This document shows positions 30,070-42,475 of a stretch of 64,000 nt of DNA, in pieces (within the stretch, counting starts at the first letter, position 1; the number at the start of each line of letters is the position of its first letter). A model generated the notes under the pieces. The model made no database searches and had not been told where the DNA came from. It saw only the letters and a program-made list of their open reading frames with translations. The position numbers and the translations under genes are program-made. The stretch is from Deferribacterales bacterium (GTDB taxonomy: Bacteria; Chrysiogenota; Deferribacteres; Deferribacterales; Geovibrionaceae), in the NCBI GenBank assembly GCA_050253075.1, contig JBFWJS010000004.1:1-64000 (forward strand), in the 5' to 3' direction.

Positions 30070-30798
30070 ATGCTTAAGCTCATCCCGCTCTTACAGACAG
30101 ATACATCCGCACAGCTCACCGTCAGAGATTTCCGCAATGACGAAATAGTCAGAAAGTTTCTCCCCGACGGCAGCGAGATAACGCAGAATGAGCACCTCGT
30201 ATGGGTCAGCAGGCTGAAGCAGGACAAGTCCGAGCTTGCCTTCACCGCATACATAGACGAGTCCCCCGCTGCTATGCTGGCATTTACAAAGATAAACCGT
30301 GCAGACCTCTCCGCAGAGCTCTACTTTCACATCCCGCCCTCAGTATCCCTAAAGGATAAGACAGCTATGGTAAACGCCATGACAGCCTTTGCATTTGGGA
30401 CTCTAGGTCTGGAAAAGCTGAATGTGCAGTGCGTGGAGGGCGATTCAAGCTCTGTACTGTTAAAATCTCTCGGATTCAAAGAGGAAGGCTTCAAAAGAGC
30501 AGAACTGCTCAGAGAGGGAAAGCGCATCGGTGTGCACCTTATGGGGCTTTTAAAAGACGAATTCACCCCTGCCGAAGTATCCGCAGAGATATCTTTTGAT
30601 AACAACGGCGAGGCATATCTGCACCCGCTGGACGCCATAGAGGCAGCCAGAGCAAAGAACAACCTGAACTGGATGAGCATACTCCGCCTAGTGCTGGAGC
30701 TTTCGCCTGAGCACGGAACAAACCTAGTGCGGGACATCAGAGACCTGGACAAGCAGATATCCGCCCACACGGACGACCTCGTAAATTTTAAGAAGTAG
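30070..30798 (+). CDS. PseH/RimL-like GNAT N-acetyltransferase with extra C-terminal helical domain
   Basis: RNDEIVRKF...ITQNEHLVW, FAFGTLGLEKL, LGFKEEG; extra ~60-aa tail. Confidence 0.7.
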   Translation: MLKLIPLLQTDTSAQLTVRDFRNDEIVRKFLPDGSEITQNEHLVWVSRLKQDKSELAFTAYIDESPAAMLAFTKINRADLSAELYFHIPPSVSLKDKTAMVNAMTAFAFGTLGLEKLNVQCVEGDSSSVLLKSLGFKEEGFKRAELLREGKRIGVHLMGLLKDEFTPAEVSAEISFDNNGEAYLHPLDAIEAARAKNNLNWMSILRLVLELSPEHGTNLVRDIRDLDKQISAHTDDLVNFKK

Positions 30799-31351
30799 CA
30801 CCGAGCCCTGCGGCCTTTTTAAGCCATATACTGCGCATCTCAGGTGTGGACTTTTTCATAACGGCGAACTCTGTGGTCTTCACACTCTTCACCCCGCAAA
30901 AATCAAGAATAGACTTCTGCATAGCTCTGTGACCGGGCATCTTATACACCATCTTGTAATACCACGGCGGTGTGTCCATCGTCACCAGAAGCTGAGCCGT
31001 CTTCCCCTTCAGCAGTCCTTTCGGCAGTGGCGAGCTTTCACTGAATTCAAATGCGAACCCCTCTAGAAACACTCTGTCGATAAACCCCTTCATCAGGGCA
31101 GGCATCAGCCCCCACCAGTTCGGATAAATGAATGCTATGTGGTCTGCATCCTGTATCTTCTGCTGAGCGTCCTTTAGACACTGCTCCATCTCCATCCCCT
31201 TTCGCAGCACAGGGTTAAAGTCCATATCGCCAAGATTCAGCCTGTCCACTTTACGCCCGTTCTGCTCTGCTCCCTTGCTGAAAGAATCTGCCAGAGCACC
31301 GCAAAAGCTGTCCGTATCCGGGTGTCCGAGTATCACAAGAATATTTTTCAT
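30788..31351 (-). CDS. NAD(P)H-dependent oxidoreductase (flavodoxin-like, MdaB/KefF type)
   Basis: ILVILGHP...SFCGAL, YPNWWGLMPALMKGFIDRVF; GAGGAGG RBS. Confidence 0.88.
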   Translation of the reverse strand: MKNILVILGHPDTDSFCGALADSFSKGAEQNGRKVDRLNLGDMDFNPVLRKGMEMEQCLKDAQQKIQDADHIAFIYPNWWGLMPALMKGFIDRVFLEGFAFEFSESSPLPKGLLKGKTAQLLVTMDTPPWYYKMVYKMPGHRAMQKSILDFCGVKSVKTTEFAVMKKSTPEMRSIWLKKAAGLGATS

Positions 31352-31363
31352 AGCGCCCTCCTC

Positions 31364-31409
31364 ATGTTTACACTGCAAACATAAAATTTAATGTTGCTAT
31401 TGTCAACAT
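31364..31409. promoter_or_regulatory. Tandem TetR operator candidates
   Basis: ATGTTTACACTGCAAACAT (31364-31382) and ATGTTGCTATTGTCAACAT (31391-31409) between the divergent genes. Confidence 0.7.
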
Positions 31410-31437
31410 TTATTTTATACTAAGCGTCGGAGAGTAT

Positions 31438-32028
31438 ATGAGCAATAAATATCATCACGGAGACCTCGAGCACGCCCTTGCCGAAACAGGCAGAAAGATG
31501 CTCGAACAGGAAGGTATAGAAAAGCTGAGCCTGAGAAAGGTCGCAGCCGAAATAGGTGTCAGCCACACCGCACCCTACAGGCATTTTAAGGATAAGACCG
31601 AACTTCTGGCAAAAATTGCCGAGCAGGGCTATACAGAGCTGGGCGACGCTATGGAGAAATGCATAGCAGAGCGCAAAGGGAGCGTGCCTGAGCTGATAAA
31701 ACAGACAGCGGTGGAGTATGTCAAACAGGCGGTAATCACACCCGAGACATCAAAGCTGATGTTCAGCGGGATAATAGTCATCAAAGACTACCCGAAGCTG
31801 AAAGAAGCCGCCACACGAGCCTATGACCTTTTGGTGGATATCATAAAGAGCGGTCAGTGGGAAGGCGATATAGAAAAATACACGGCAGCAGTCTGGTCTC
31901 TCATACACGGGCTTTCGTCTCTCATACAAGCAGAGAACCACAGCGACGTGTCACAGACCCATCAGGTTATAGAATTCACCGTACCTGCTGTTATGGATGT
32001 TTTGATAAAGGGGATCGGAACGGACTAG
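31438..32028 (+). CDS. TetR/AcrR-family regulator (WHG-like C-terminus)
   Basis: YHHGDL, LSLRKVAAEIGVSHTAPYRHF, WSLIHG. Confidence 0.92.
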   Translation: MSNKYHHGDLEHALAETGRKMLEQEGIEKLSLRKVAAEIGVSHTAPYRHFKDKTELLAKIAEQGYTELGDAMEKCIAERKGSVPELIKQTAVEYVKQAVITPETSKLMFSGIIVIKDYPKLKEAATRAYDLLVDIIKSGQWEGDIEKYTAAVWSLIHGLSSLIQAENHSDVSQTHQVIEFTVPAVMDVLIKGIGTD

Positions 32029-32387
32029 ACCTTACAGCTTCCGTCGCACTCCCCTGCGAAGATGCGCCTGAGTGCGTTTGCCTTGAACAGTTCGATATCT
32101 TCGGATATCGTACCGCCCTTTGATGCATAGGCGTCTATCCGGTGCCCACGCAGTCTGTTCACTGCGGCACAGCCTATCTCTTTCACTATGACGGTCTCGA
32201 CACCTGTCTCTGATGCTGACAGCACGGCCGATTTCCCGCCGTCGTCCTCACCGCAGCCGTCATTATCCGCAAAGCCGTGTCCGCCTGTCTCTGTATCAAA
32301 CCAGAGGAATGTCGGAGCATCGGCAAAGTCTTTATACACAGAGCTTTCCAGCCCTGCGTTATCCCCCGTGGGGAAAAGTATTTTCAT
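32025..32387 (-). CDS. NifB/NifX-family protein
   Basis: MKILFP, DFADAP, IGCAAVNRL; paralogue of 26723-27100. Confidence 0.75.
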   Translation of the reverse strand: MKILFPTGDNAGLESSVYKDFADAPTFLWFDTETGGHGFADNDGCGEDDGGKSAVLSASETGVETVIVKEIGCAAVNRLRGHRIDAYASKGGTISEDIELFKANALRRIFAGECDGSCKV

Positions 32388-32390
32388 CTG

Positions 32391-32753
32391 TTACTGTCTG
32401 TAGGAGCCGTCGCACTTGCCCTTTGTCGCAGCAGGCAGTTTGCCCGATTGATAGAGCTTCAGGTCGAATTCGACCATCCCTGACTGAGCCCAGTATACCT
32501 CTATGCCGAGGCTGTTCAGCCTGTTTATGGCGCCGTCGCCCATACCGCTTGCGATGACAACATCCACACCCGCTTCCTTTATGGCTTCGGATGCGTTTCT
32601 GCTCCCTGCTGAAAGGGTTGCTTCGTTATTGGCTATCTGTCCGTATTCATCTGTATCTGTGTCGTATGTGACAAAGACGGGGGCAGCAGCGAAATGCTCG
32701 AAAAGCACACTGTCGCCCTTCTGATCACTATCCACGGGGAAGCATATCAGCAT
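32391..32753 (-). CDS. NifB/NifX-family protein
   Basis: MLICFP, HFAAAP, GMGDGAINRL. Confidence 0.8.
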   Translation of the reverse strand: MLICFPVDSDQKGDSVLFEHFAAAPVFVTYDTDTDEYGQIANNEATLSAGSRNASEAIKEAGVDVVIASGMGDGAINRLNSLGIEVYWAQSGMVEFDLKLYQSGKLPAATKGKCDGSYRQ

Positions 32754-32758
32754 GACGC

Positions 32759-33142
32759 TTAACCGCAGTCACACATGCAGGACATGTTTTTCTGTCCGCA
32801 CGAGAGATTTACAGTGAGACATATGAGAGAACCGCTTTTGAAAAGCTCGATATTCTCGCCGACATTGCCTATGCCTGCCCTGACAGCCTGAATACCCGCT
32901 GCCTGGAGCTTTTTAAGAGGGGCTGGCCCTATCCCATTCAGGATGACCACTTCGACCTTTTCCTCGCCGAAAGCCTTCGCAGGGTTACAGTTGTTAGGAG
33001 TGTGGTTCAGGTCGGTGTTATCGATGTATCTGTGTTCTTTTGTTTCGGTGTCGTAAAGGACAAATCCGGGAGCATCGCCGAAATTACCGTAAATTTCGCT
33101 ATCGAGCCCCTCATTTACCTCCACAGGAAAGCTGATTAACAT
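32759..33142 (-). CDS. NifB/NifX-family protein
   Basis: MLISFP, NFGDAP, HTPNNCNP, Cys-rich tail SCMCDCG. Confidence 0.8.
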   Translation of the reverse strand: MLISFPVEVNEGLDSEIYGNFGDAPGFVLYDTETKEHRYIDNTDLNHTPNNCNPAKAFGEEKVEVVILNGIGPAPLKKLQAAGIQAVRAGIGNVGENIELFKSGSLICLTVNLSCGQKNMSCMCDCG

Positions 33143-33287
33143 AAATCACCTCATGTGTTTTACTATGAGTGATATTATATACCTATTTAGTCTTTTTGCA
33201 AGTTACCAGATGTGAAGCTGTAAGCGAATCTAAGAACCCTAAAACATATCCCTCAATGAATATCGTATCTATAAGCACTGTTTTACT

Positions 33288-33424
33288 GTCATTACGAGGA
33301 ACAGAGTAACGAAGTAATCTTTTACATGCATTTGACGAAACACGCCGGAAGACTGCTTCACTTTTGTTCGCAGTGACAATTTAGTGATCAGATTCTCACG
33401 CTCATTCCATTCGCTCAGCATGAC
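33288..33424. repeat. CGTC-type palindromic elements (one pair plus a half element)
   Basis: gtcattacgagg...gaagtaatct / agactgcttcac...cgcagtgac; then agattctcacg...ctcagcatgac. Confidence 0.7.
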
Positions 33425-33433
33425 TATATTGAA

Positions 33434-33468
33434 TAAAAAAAGGCAGTGCCCGAAGACACCGCCTTTTA
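33434..33468 (-). terminator. Intrinsic terminator after the kor operon
   Basis: aaaaaaaggcagtg-cccgaaga-caccgcctttt. Confidence 0.7.
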
Positions 33469-33499
33469 TATATTTTCAAAGCTGTATATTAATCAGTGA

Positions 33500-34042
33500 T
33501 TACTTAGCAGCTTTTGCAAGTTCGATACCTGCAGCGATCGCGTTTTTGTTAAGCTCTTCTGTACCTTTTGGTACGCGGGATAGAACAGCTTTCTCAAGTG
33601 TCTCAGGAGCAACAAGTCCGCAAATCTCGTTAAGAGCGCCGAGTGTTACAACGTTAGCAACCATAGCCTTGCCCACTTTTTCAGCAGCAGTTCTGATGAT
33701 TGGCATCATGTAAACTTTCCAGTCGCCTTTAGGAGCCTCTTTAACCATAAGGTCATCGAGGATAAGTATTCCGCCCGGTTTAAGGTCTTTGGAATACTTT
33801 TCAGCAGCTTCCTGTGTAAGAGCTACGAGTATGTCCGGAGCCATTACCTTTGGGTAGTATATCTCTTCATCAGAGATGATAACTTCAGCTTTGGAAGCAC
33901 CACCACGAGCCTCTGGTCCGTAGGACTGAGACTGGATGGATTTTTTGCCTTCGAAAACAGCAGCGCCAGCTGCAAGAATGATACCGGCAGTGATCATACC
34001 CTGTCCGCCGGATCCACTAAGTCTGATTGAAGTTTTAGCCAT
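33500..34042 (-). CDS. korC: 2-oxoglutarate:ferredoxin oxidoreductase gamma subunit
   Basis: GSGGQGMI, QSYGPEARGG. Confidence 0.88.
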   Translation of the reverse strand: MAKTSIRLSGSGGQGMITAGIILAAGAAVFEGKKSIQSQSYGPEARGGASKAEVIISDEEIYYPKVMAPDILVALTQEAAEKYSKDLKPGGILILDDLMVKEAPKGDWKVYMMPIIRTAAEKVGKAMVANVVTLGALNEICGLVAPETLEKAVLSRVPKGTEELNKNAIAAGIELAKAAK

Positions 34043-34056
34043 TTCTAAATCCCCCC

Positions 34057-34863
34057 TTAGCTTAAACCGACGTTAGCGTCGTATGCTTCGATAAATTCAG
34101 GCTTCTCTTCTTGGTGAAGAACGCCTATTGGGAACTTGCCTACTTTTTCTTCGTCAGACATTTTATCCCACTGTGCTTTGTTCACAGAGTGCTCTTTCTG
34201 CCATTCGATCATAGCAGCAGGAGCAGCTATTTTGTTCTTACGGCCGTAACCAGTAGGGCAACCGGCGATGATCTCTACAACAGAGAAACCTTTGTGCTCG
34301 AAAGCCTGCTTGATAACTTTTTCCATAGGAACAGCATGGTATGTTGTGCTTCTGGCAACAAATGTAGCGCCGGCACCGATAGCGAGCTGAGCGATGTCGA
34401 ACTGGTTATCGGAGTTACCGTATGGAGCTGTTGTTGCACGGGCAGCTTTAGGAGTAGTAGGTGAGTACTGACCGCCTGTCATACCGTAGATGTAGTTGTT
34501 AAACACAAGACATGTGATGTTGATGTTACGACGGCATGCGTGGATGAAGTGGTTACCACCGATAGCTGTCATGTCACCGTCACCGCCGAGTGCGATAACG
34601 TTAAGTTCTGGCTTAGCCATTTTAACGCCTGTCGCGAAAGCGAGTGAACGTCCGTGTGTTGTGTGCAGTGTGTTTGCATCAATGTAGCCTGGGAGACGAG
34701 ATGCACAGCCGATACCGGATGTGAAAACAAGTTTATCTTTATCCCAGCCCATGTCGTCTACAGCACGGATAACGGATTTCATGATGATACCGTAACCGCA
34801 GCCTGGACACCAAATATGTGGAATTTTACCTTTTCTAAGGTATTTAGCGTAATCGTAAGCCAT
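34057..34863 (-). CDS. korB: 2-oxoglutarate:ferredoxin oxidoreductase beta subunit
   Basis: WCPGCG, GIGC, TPP motif GDGD...NN, YGMTGGQ. Confidence 0.9.
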   Translation of the reverse strand: MAYDYAKYLRKGKIPHIWCPGCGYGIIMKSVIRAVDDMGWDKDKLVFTSGIGCASRLPGYIDANTLHTTHGRSLAFATGVKMAKPELNVIALGGDGDMTAIGGNHFIHACRRNINITCLVFNNYIYGMTGGQYSPTTPKAARATTAPYGNSDNQFDIAQLAIGAGATFVARSTTYHAVPMEKVIKQAFEHKGFSVVEIIAGCPTGYGRKNKIAAPAAMIEWQKEHSVNKAQWDKMSDEEKVGKFPIGVLHQEEKPEFIEAYDANVGLS

Positions 34864-34865
34864 GA

Positions 34866-36002
34866 TTATTTACCCTCCTTGATCTTGTTAAGGATTGTAA
34901 TAGGTGTGATAGGCTCAGAGTCAATCTGGTTGATACCTTCGATTGATGGAACTGTTCCTTCCATTACACGCTTAACTTCAAGGATCGCCATACCGAGGTT
35001 CATCTCAGGGACGATGATTCTTTTTACTTTGCCTTTGTATTTCTCAAGGTGTCTATCTGGGAAAGGCCAGATTGTAAGTGGTCTGAAAAGACCTACCTTG
35101 ATGCCTTCAGCTCTTGCCATAGCAATAGCTTCTTTAGCAGAACGTGCTGTAGAACCGAATGCGAAGATAAGGATTTCAGCATCCTCTGTCTCCATCTCGT
35201 CTACTTTCACGATTTCGTCGTAGTGATCCATGATCTTGTTTTCCTGACGGATTTCGTCAGCCTGAGCAAGTTTACCGTCGTTTGAAGGGAAACCGTCTTC
35301 AAGGTGGTTAAGACCAGTGATGTGGTATCTGTAGCCAGAACCGAAATCAGCCATAGGAGCTACGCCGTCAGCTTCCGGCTTGTAAGGGAGGTAATCTTCT
35401 GGAGCGCATGTTGGGCGCTTACGATCGACTACTTCAAGATCGCCAGGCTCAGGCATAGTAACAGCCTCTCTCATGTGACCGATGATCTCGTCAGTGAGGA
35501 GGATAACAGGGAGTCTGTATTTTTCAGCTATGTTGAAAGCTCTAACAGTTTCTTCAAGCTGTTCTTGTACTGTAGAAGGTGTGAGAGCAACCGCTGGGTG
35601 GTCACCGTGAGTACCCCATTTAGCCTGCATGATGTCAGACTGTCCAGGACCTGTAGGAAGACCTGTAGAAGGACCGCCTCTCATAACGTTTACTACAACG
35701 CATGGAATCTCTGTGAGATAACCATAACCAAGGTTCTCCATTTTAAGGGACATACCAGGACCTGATGTTGCTGTCATGGATTTTCTTCCCGCGATAGAAC
35801 CACCAAGAGTCGCTGCCATAGCGGCAAGCTCATCTTCCATTTGCACGAAACGTCCGCCAACTTTTGGCAGGCGTGCTGCAAGTATCTCTGCTACTTCAGT
35901 GGAAGGTGTGATTGGGTAGCCACCGTAAAATGTACAGCCAGCGTACAGAGCACCTTCACATACTGCTTCATTCCCCTGAAGGAACTTTACTTCTTTAGCC
36001 AC
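34866..36002 (-). CDS. korA: 2-oxoglutarate:ferredoxin oxidoreductase alpha subunit
   Basis: GNEA, YPITPSTE, ATSGPG, RGGPSTGLPT; substrate inferred from TCA context. Confidence 0.9.
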   Translation of the reverse strand: MAKEVKFLQGNEAVCEGALYAGCTFYGGYPITPSTEVAEILAARLPKVGGRFVQMEDELAAMAATLGGSIAGRKSMTATSGPGMSLKMENLGYGYLTEIPCVVVNVMRGGPSTGLPTGPGQSDIMQAKWGTHGDHPAVALTPSTVQEQLEETVRAFNIAEKYRLPVILLTDEIIGHMREAVTMPEPGDLEVVDRKRPTCAPEDYLPYKPEADGVAPMADFGSGYRYHITGLNHLEDGFPSNDGKLAQADEIRQENKIMDHYDEIVKVDEMETEDAEILIFAFGSTARSAKEAIAMARAEGIKVGLFRPLTIWPFPDRHLEKYKGKVKRIIVPEMNLGMAILEVKRVMEGTVPSIEGINQIDSEPITPITILNKIKEGK

Positions 36003-36017
36003 AAATTCCTCCTAATA

Positions 36018-36212
36018 TTATTTTTTATACACTTCGATCGCGAAATCAGGGCACCTGAGTTCGCACTGCATGCAAGCTATACATTTGTCAAGATCTTTGA
36101 CAGCGGCTTTGAAATCTTTCATTTCAAGAGCGTCAACTGGGCAAAGTTCCACACAAATTTCACAGCCTTTGCAGAGGTTTGTGTAAATTTCGATTTTTTC
36201 TGCCTTAGCCAT
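36018..36212 (-). CDS. korD: 2[4Fe-4S] ferredoxin, delta subunit
   Basis: CKGCEICVELCP and CIACMQCELRCPDFAI. Confidence 0.9.
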   Translation of the reverse strand: MAKAEKIEIYTNLCKGCEICVELCPVDALEMKDFKAAVKDLDKCIACMQCELRCPDFAIEVYKK

Positions 36213-36257
36213 TTACCTCTCCTTTTAAATTTGAGATTCTCAAATCGAATTTATCTT

Positions 36258-36371
36258 AAAGGGGAGCGTCAGACCCTTTTCAGAAAAGACTTTTTTAGTT
36301 TATCTAAACAGTGTTCTGATTTAGACATCCCAAATCAGCCTAGTCTGAAAAGGACCTTTCAGCCCCCCTTT
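36258..36371 (-). ncRNA. Unclassified long rod-like hairpin in the korDABC leader
   Basis: About 45 bp of pairing over ~114 nt with several G-U pairs on the minus strand. Confidence 0.55.
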
Positions 36372-36400
36372 ATTTCCATTAACATTTTTTTCGACACAGT

Positions 36401-36429
36401 GTTATAACCCGATAAAACACATATGTCAA
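36401..36429 (-). promoter_or_regulatory. Sigma70 promoter of korDABC
   Basis: TTGACA-17 nt-TATAAC. Confidence 0.75.
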
Positions 36430-36445
36430 ACATGTAAACAAATAT

Positions 36446-37333
36446 TTATTTTTTCTTTTTCTTAAGGACTTCTGCGACCTTCTTTCCGATATCGGCAGGA
36501 GACTCAACAACATGAACTCCGCACTCCTGAAGAGCCTTCATCTTTGCTGCTGCGGTGTCATCCCCGCCGGAAATTATCGCTCCTGCGTGTCCCATTCTCT
36601 TACCCTTCGGTGCTGTCTGACCTGCGATGAAGCTGACAACAGGCTTAGAGAAATTCTGTTTTATCCACTCGCCCGCCTTCACTTCCGCCTGACCGCCGAT
36701 CTCACCGATGAGAACAACACATTCAGTCTGCGCATCGTACTCGAACATCTCAAGTAGATCGATGTATTTGAGACCGATTATAGGGTCGCCTCCGATACCG
36801 ATACATGTCGACTGACCGTATCCTTCAGCACCGACCTGCTTAACCGCCTCATAAGTCAGCGTACCTGATTTGGATATGATGCCGATAGTGCCCGGTTTAT
36901 GTATTTCGCCAGGCATAATGCCCATCTTACACTCGCCCGGTGTGATAACCCCTGGGCAGTTCGGTCCGATAAGCATTGTGCGGGAAGAGCTGGTCTTCAT
37001 CAGTCTCTTCACCATTATCATATCTTTCACAGGGATGCCTTCTGTTATACATACACAAAGGTCAAGGTTCGCATCCACAGACTCTATCACAGCGTCCGCC
37101 GCATATGCGGGTGGAACATATACTATGGAAGCGTTGGCGCCCGTCTTGCGGATGGCCTCTTCCACTGTGTCAAACACCGGAGTACCGTCAACTTCGGTAC
37201 CGCCTTTACCCGGCACAACACCTGCAACGATGTTTGTACCGTATTCTTTCATCTTTTGTGCGTGAAACTTACCCTGAGAGCCGGTGAGTCCCTGCACAAG
37301 AACTTTTGTTCTGTTGTTTACAAGTATGCTCAT
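36446..37333 (-). CDS. sucD: Succinyl-CoA synthetase alpha subunit
   Basis: [16 protein letters not shown], phospho-His MGHAGAI. Confidence 0.96.
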   Translation of the reverse strand: MSILVNNRTKVLVQGLTGSQGKFHAQKMKEYGTNIVAGVVPGKGGTEVDGTPVFDTVEEAIRKTGANASIVYVPPAYAADAVIESVDANLDLCVCITEGIPVKDMIMVKRLMKTSSSRTMLIGPNCPGVITPGECKMGIMPGEIHKPGTIGIISKSGTLTYEAVKQVGAEGYGQSTCIGIGGDPIIGLKYIDLLEMFEYDAQTECVVLIGEIGGQAEVKAGEWIKQNFSKPVVSFIAGQTAPKGKRMGHAGAIISGGDDTAAAKMKALQECGVHVVESPADIGKKVAEVLKKKKK

Positions 37334-37343
37334 TAGTGACCCC

Positions 37344-38558
37344 CTACTTAGCCTTTGCTCTGGATGGTTTCTTCGCTGCTTCGGCTTCTTCCGCCAGCTT
37401 CACGGCTTTCTCAGCCGCATCTGCCATTGTGTCGCCGGTAACGATGTTAAGGCCGCCTTTGGCAGCACCGTCATCCAGAATCTTTTTGCCTTCGGCAACG
37501 TTTGTACCGTCCAGTCTGACAACAATATATTTGTCTCCCGGAACCTCTTCAGAGGCTTTCAGTACACCTTGGGCTATAAGGTCACAGCGGACAATCCCGC
37601 CGAATATATTAACAAAGATAACCTTCACTTTAGGGTCTGTGAGGATAATCTTGAATGCTTCTCTTACTTTGTTGACATCGGCACCGCCGCCGACATCGAG
37701 GAAGTTCGCAGGCTGACCGCCGAAAGACTTGATGATGTCCATAGTGGCCATCGCAAGACCTGCGCCGTTTACCATACAGCCGATATTTCCTTCCATACTT
37801 ACATATGAGAGATCGAAGATACTCGCCCTCACTTCCTGAGGCTCGAGCTCGCCGTAGTCTTTCATCTCTTCTATTGCTCTGTGGCGGTAAAGTGCATTAT
37901 CGTCCACAGACATCTTAGCATCGAGACAAACAATATCACCGCTTCCCGTAACAACGAGAGGGTTGATCTCCAGCATCATACCGTCATGATCTACAAAACA
38001 CTGGTAGAGCTTGTTGGCGACATCAGCGAATTTATTGAGGAGTGATGAATCGAGTCCCATCTTCTTGGCAATCTTGCGGCCAAGAAACTGACCCATACCC
38101 GTAACAGGGTTGATGCGCTCTTTTATAACTTTTTCGGGTGTGTCGGCAGCTACCTGCTCTATTTCCACACCGCCCTCGGAGCTGGCAATGATCATATGCT
38201 GCTCTGAGTCTCTATCAACAAGAAAGCTGACGTATATTTCCTGCTTGATATCCGTAGCTTTCTCTACCAATATCCTGCGTACTACTTTGCCCTCTGCTCC
38301 TGTCTGCTTGGTAACGATCTTCATCCCCAGCATATTAGCAGAGGTGTCGTAAAGCTCACTGAAATCATCAATGACTTTTACGCCTCCGGCCTTTCCTCGA
38401 CCGCCCGCGTGCACCTGGGCCTTTATAACCCATCTGTCGCTGTGGAGTTCTTTTGCTACACGGAGAGCATCACTGGCTGTTGATGCCACGCCGCCGTCAG
38501 GTACGGGTACACCGTATGTCCTGAGTAGACCTTTGGCCTGAAATTCATGCAAATTCAT
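37344..38558 (-). CDS. sucC: Succinyl-CoA synthetase beta subunit
   Basis: [42 protein letters not shown]. Confidence 0.96.
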   Translation of the reverse strand: MNLHEFQAKGLLRTYGVPVPDGGVASTASDALRVAKELHSDRWVIKAQVHAGGRGKAGGVKVIDDFSELYDTSANMLGMKIVTKQTGAEGKVVRRILVEKATDIKQEIYVSFLVDRDSEQHMIIASSEGGVEIEQVAADTPEKVIKERINPVTGMGQFLGRKIAKKMGLDSSLLNKFADVANKLYQCFVDHDGMMLEINPLVVTGSGDIVCLDAKMSVDDNALYRHRAIEEMKDYGELEPQEVRASIFDLSYVSMEGNIGCMVNGAGLAMATMDIIKSFGGQPANFLDVGGGADVNKVREAFKIILTDPKVKVIFVNIFGGIVRCDLIAQGVLKASEEVPGDKYIVVRLDGTNVAEGKKILDDGAAKGGLNIVTGDTMADAAEKAVKLAEEAEAAKKPSRAKAK

Positions 38559-38690
38559 GGCTCACCTTCCTTTGTTTTCTTGCCGGACTATTAACCTTTA
38601 TATGATCAATAGTCTTATTATACAAGACCTTTTCAGGAAAGCGAGCCATGATTTATTACTAGTTTACCACCTATTAAGTAATGTCAATTA

Positions 38691-39683
<993 letters not shown>

Positions 39684-39738
39684 TCAGTTTATTAAGCGGC
39701 CCGATACCTTCAGGCCGCCCTTTTATTCGTATTCGCTA

Positions 39739-42015
<2,277 letters not shown>

Positions 42016-42069
42016 TTACAGCTTTAAACCACTGTTTGACATTATTATAATGCCATTTCGTTTTCAATG

Positions 42070-42120
42070 CTGTATACAGTATACAGTTATACTTATAGCT
42101 ATATATTTGTCAAGCACTAT
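42070..42120 (-). promoter_or_regulatory. icd promoter with 17-bp palindromic operator
   Basis: CTGTATACAGTATACAG (42070-42086); minus-strand TTGACA (42108-42113), 16 nt, TATAAC. Confidence 0.65.
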
Positions 42121-42475
42121 CAATTGTACGCGTGATAAAACGTCATTTAATTTTTATTTCCTGAGCATCCACAATCTTTTGCAACTTAACATAAATATAT
42201 ATGAATTTTATGTCATATAACTGCCCGAAAGGGGGCTTATTTTCATGACGATTATTACAAGTGATAGTTCATATCCAATTTTAAAATAGCACCGTGTTTT
42301 CATCGGAAAAGATGAACATATGTAAAATATAACCCCATATCAGCTAAAGAATCTCCACAATGCCGTCAGCCGATTTATCATCCTGCCCCTCATTTCTCAT
42401 AGAAGAGCAATTCTTGACCTGTACACTTATATTAATGTAAGATTAAATAAATACACAACGTTGCGGGAGTGCGAA

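Noticed and set aside
26723..33142. Nitrogen fixation cluster
   Set aside because: Only NifX-like domains are present; no nifHDK/ENB
36258..36371. SRP RNA or 6S RNA
   Set aside because: Lacks the SRP CAGG..GGAA..AGCA motif; too short and lacks the central bubble of 6S
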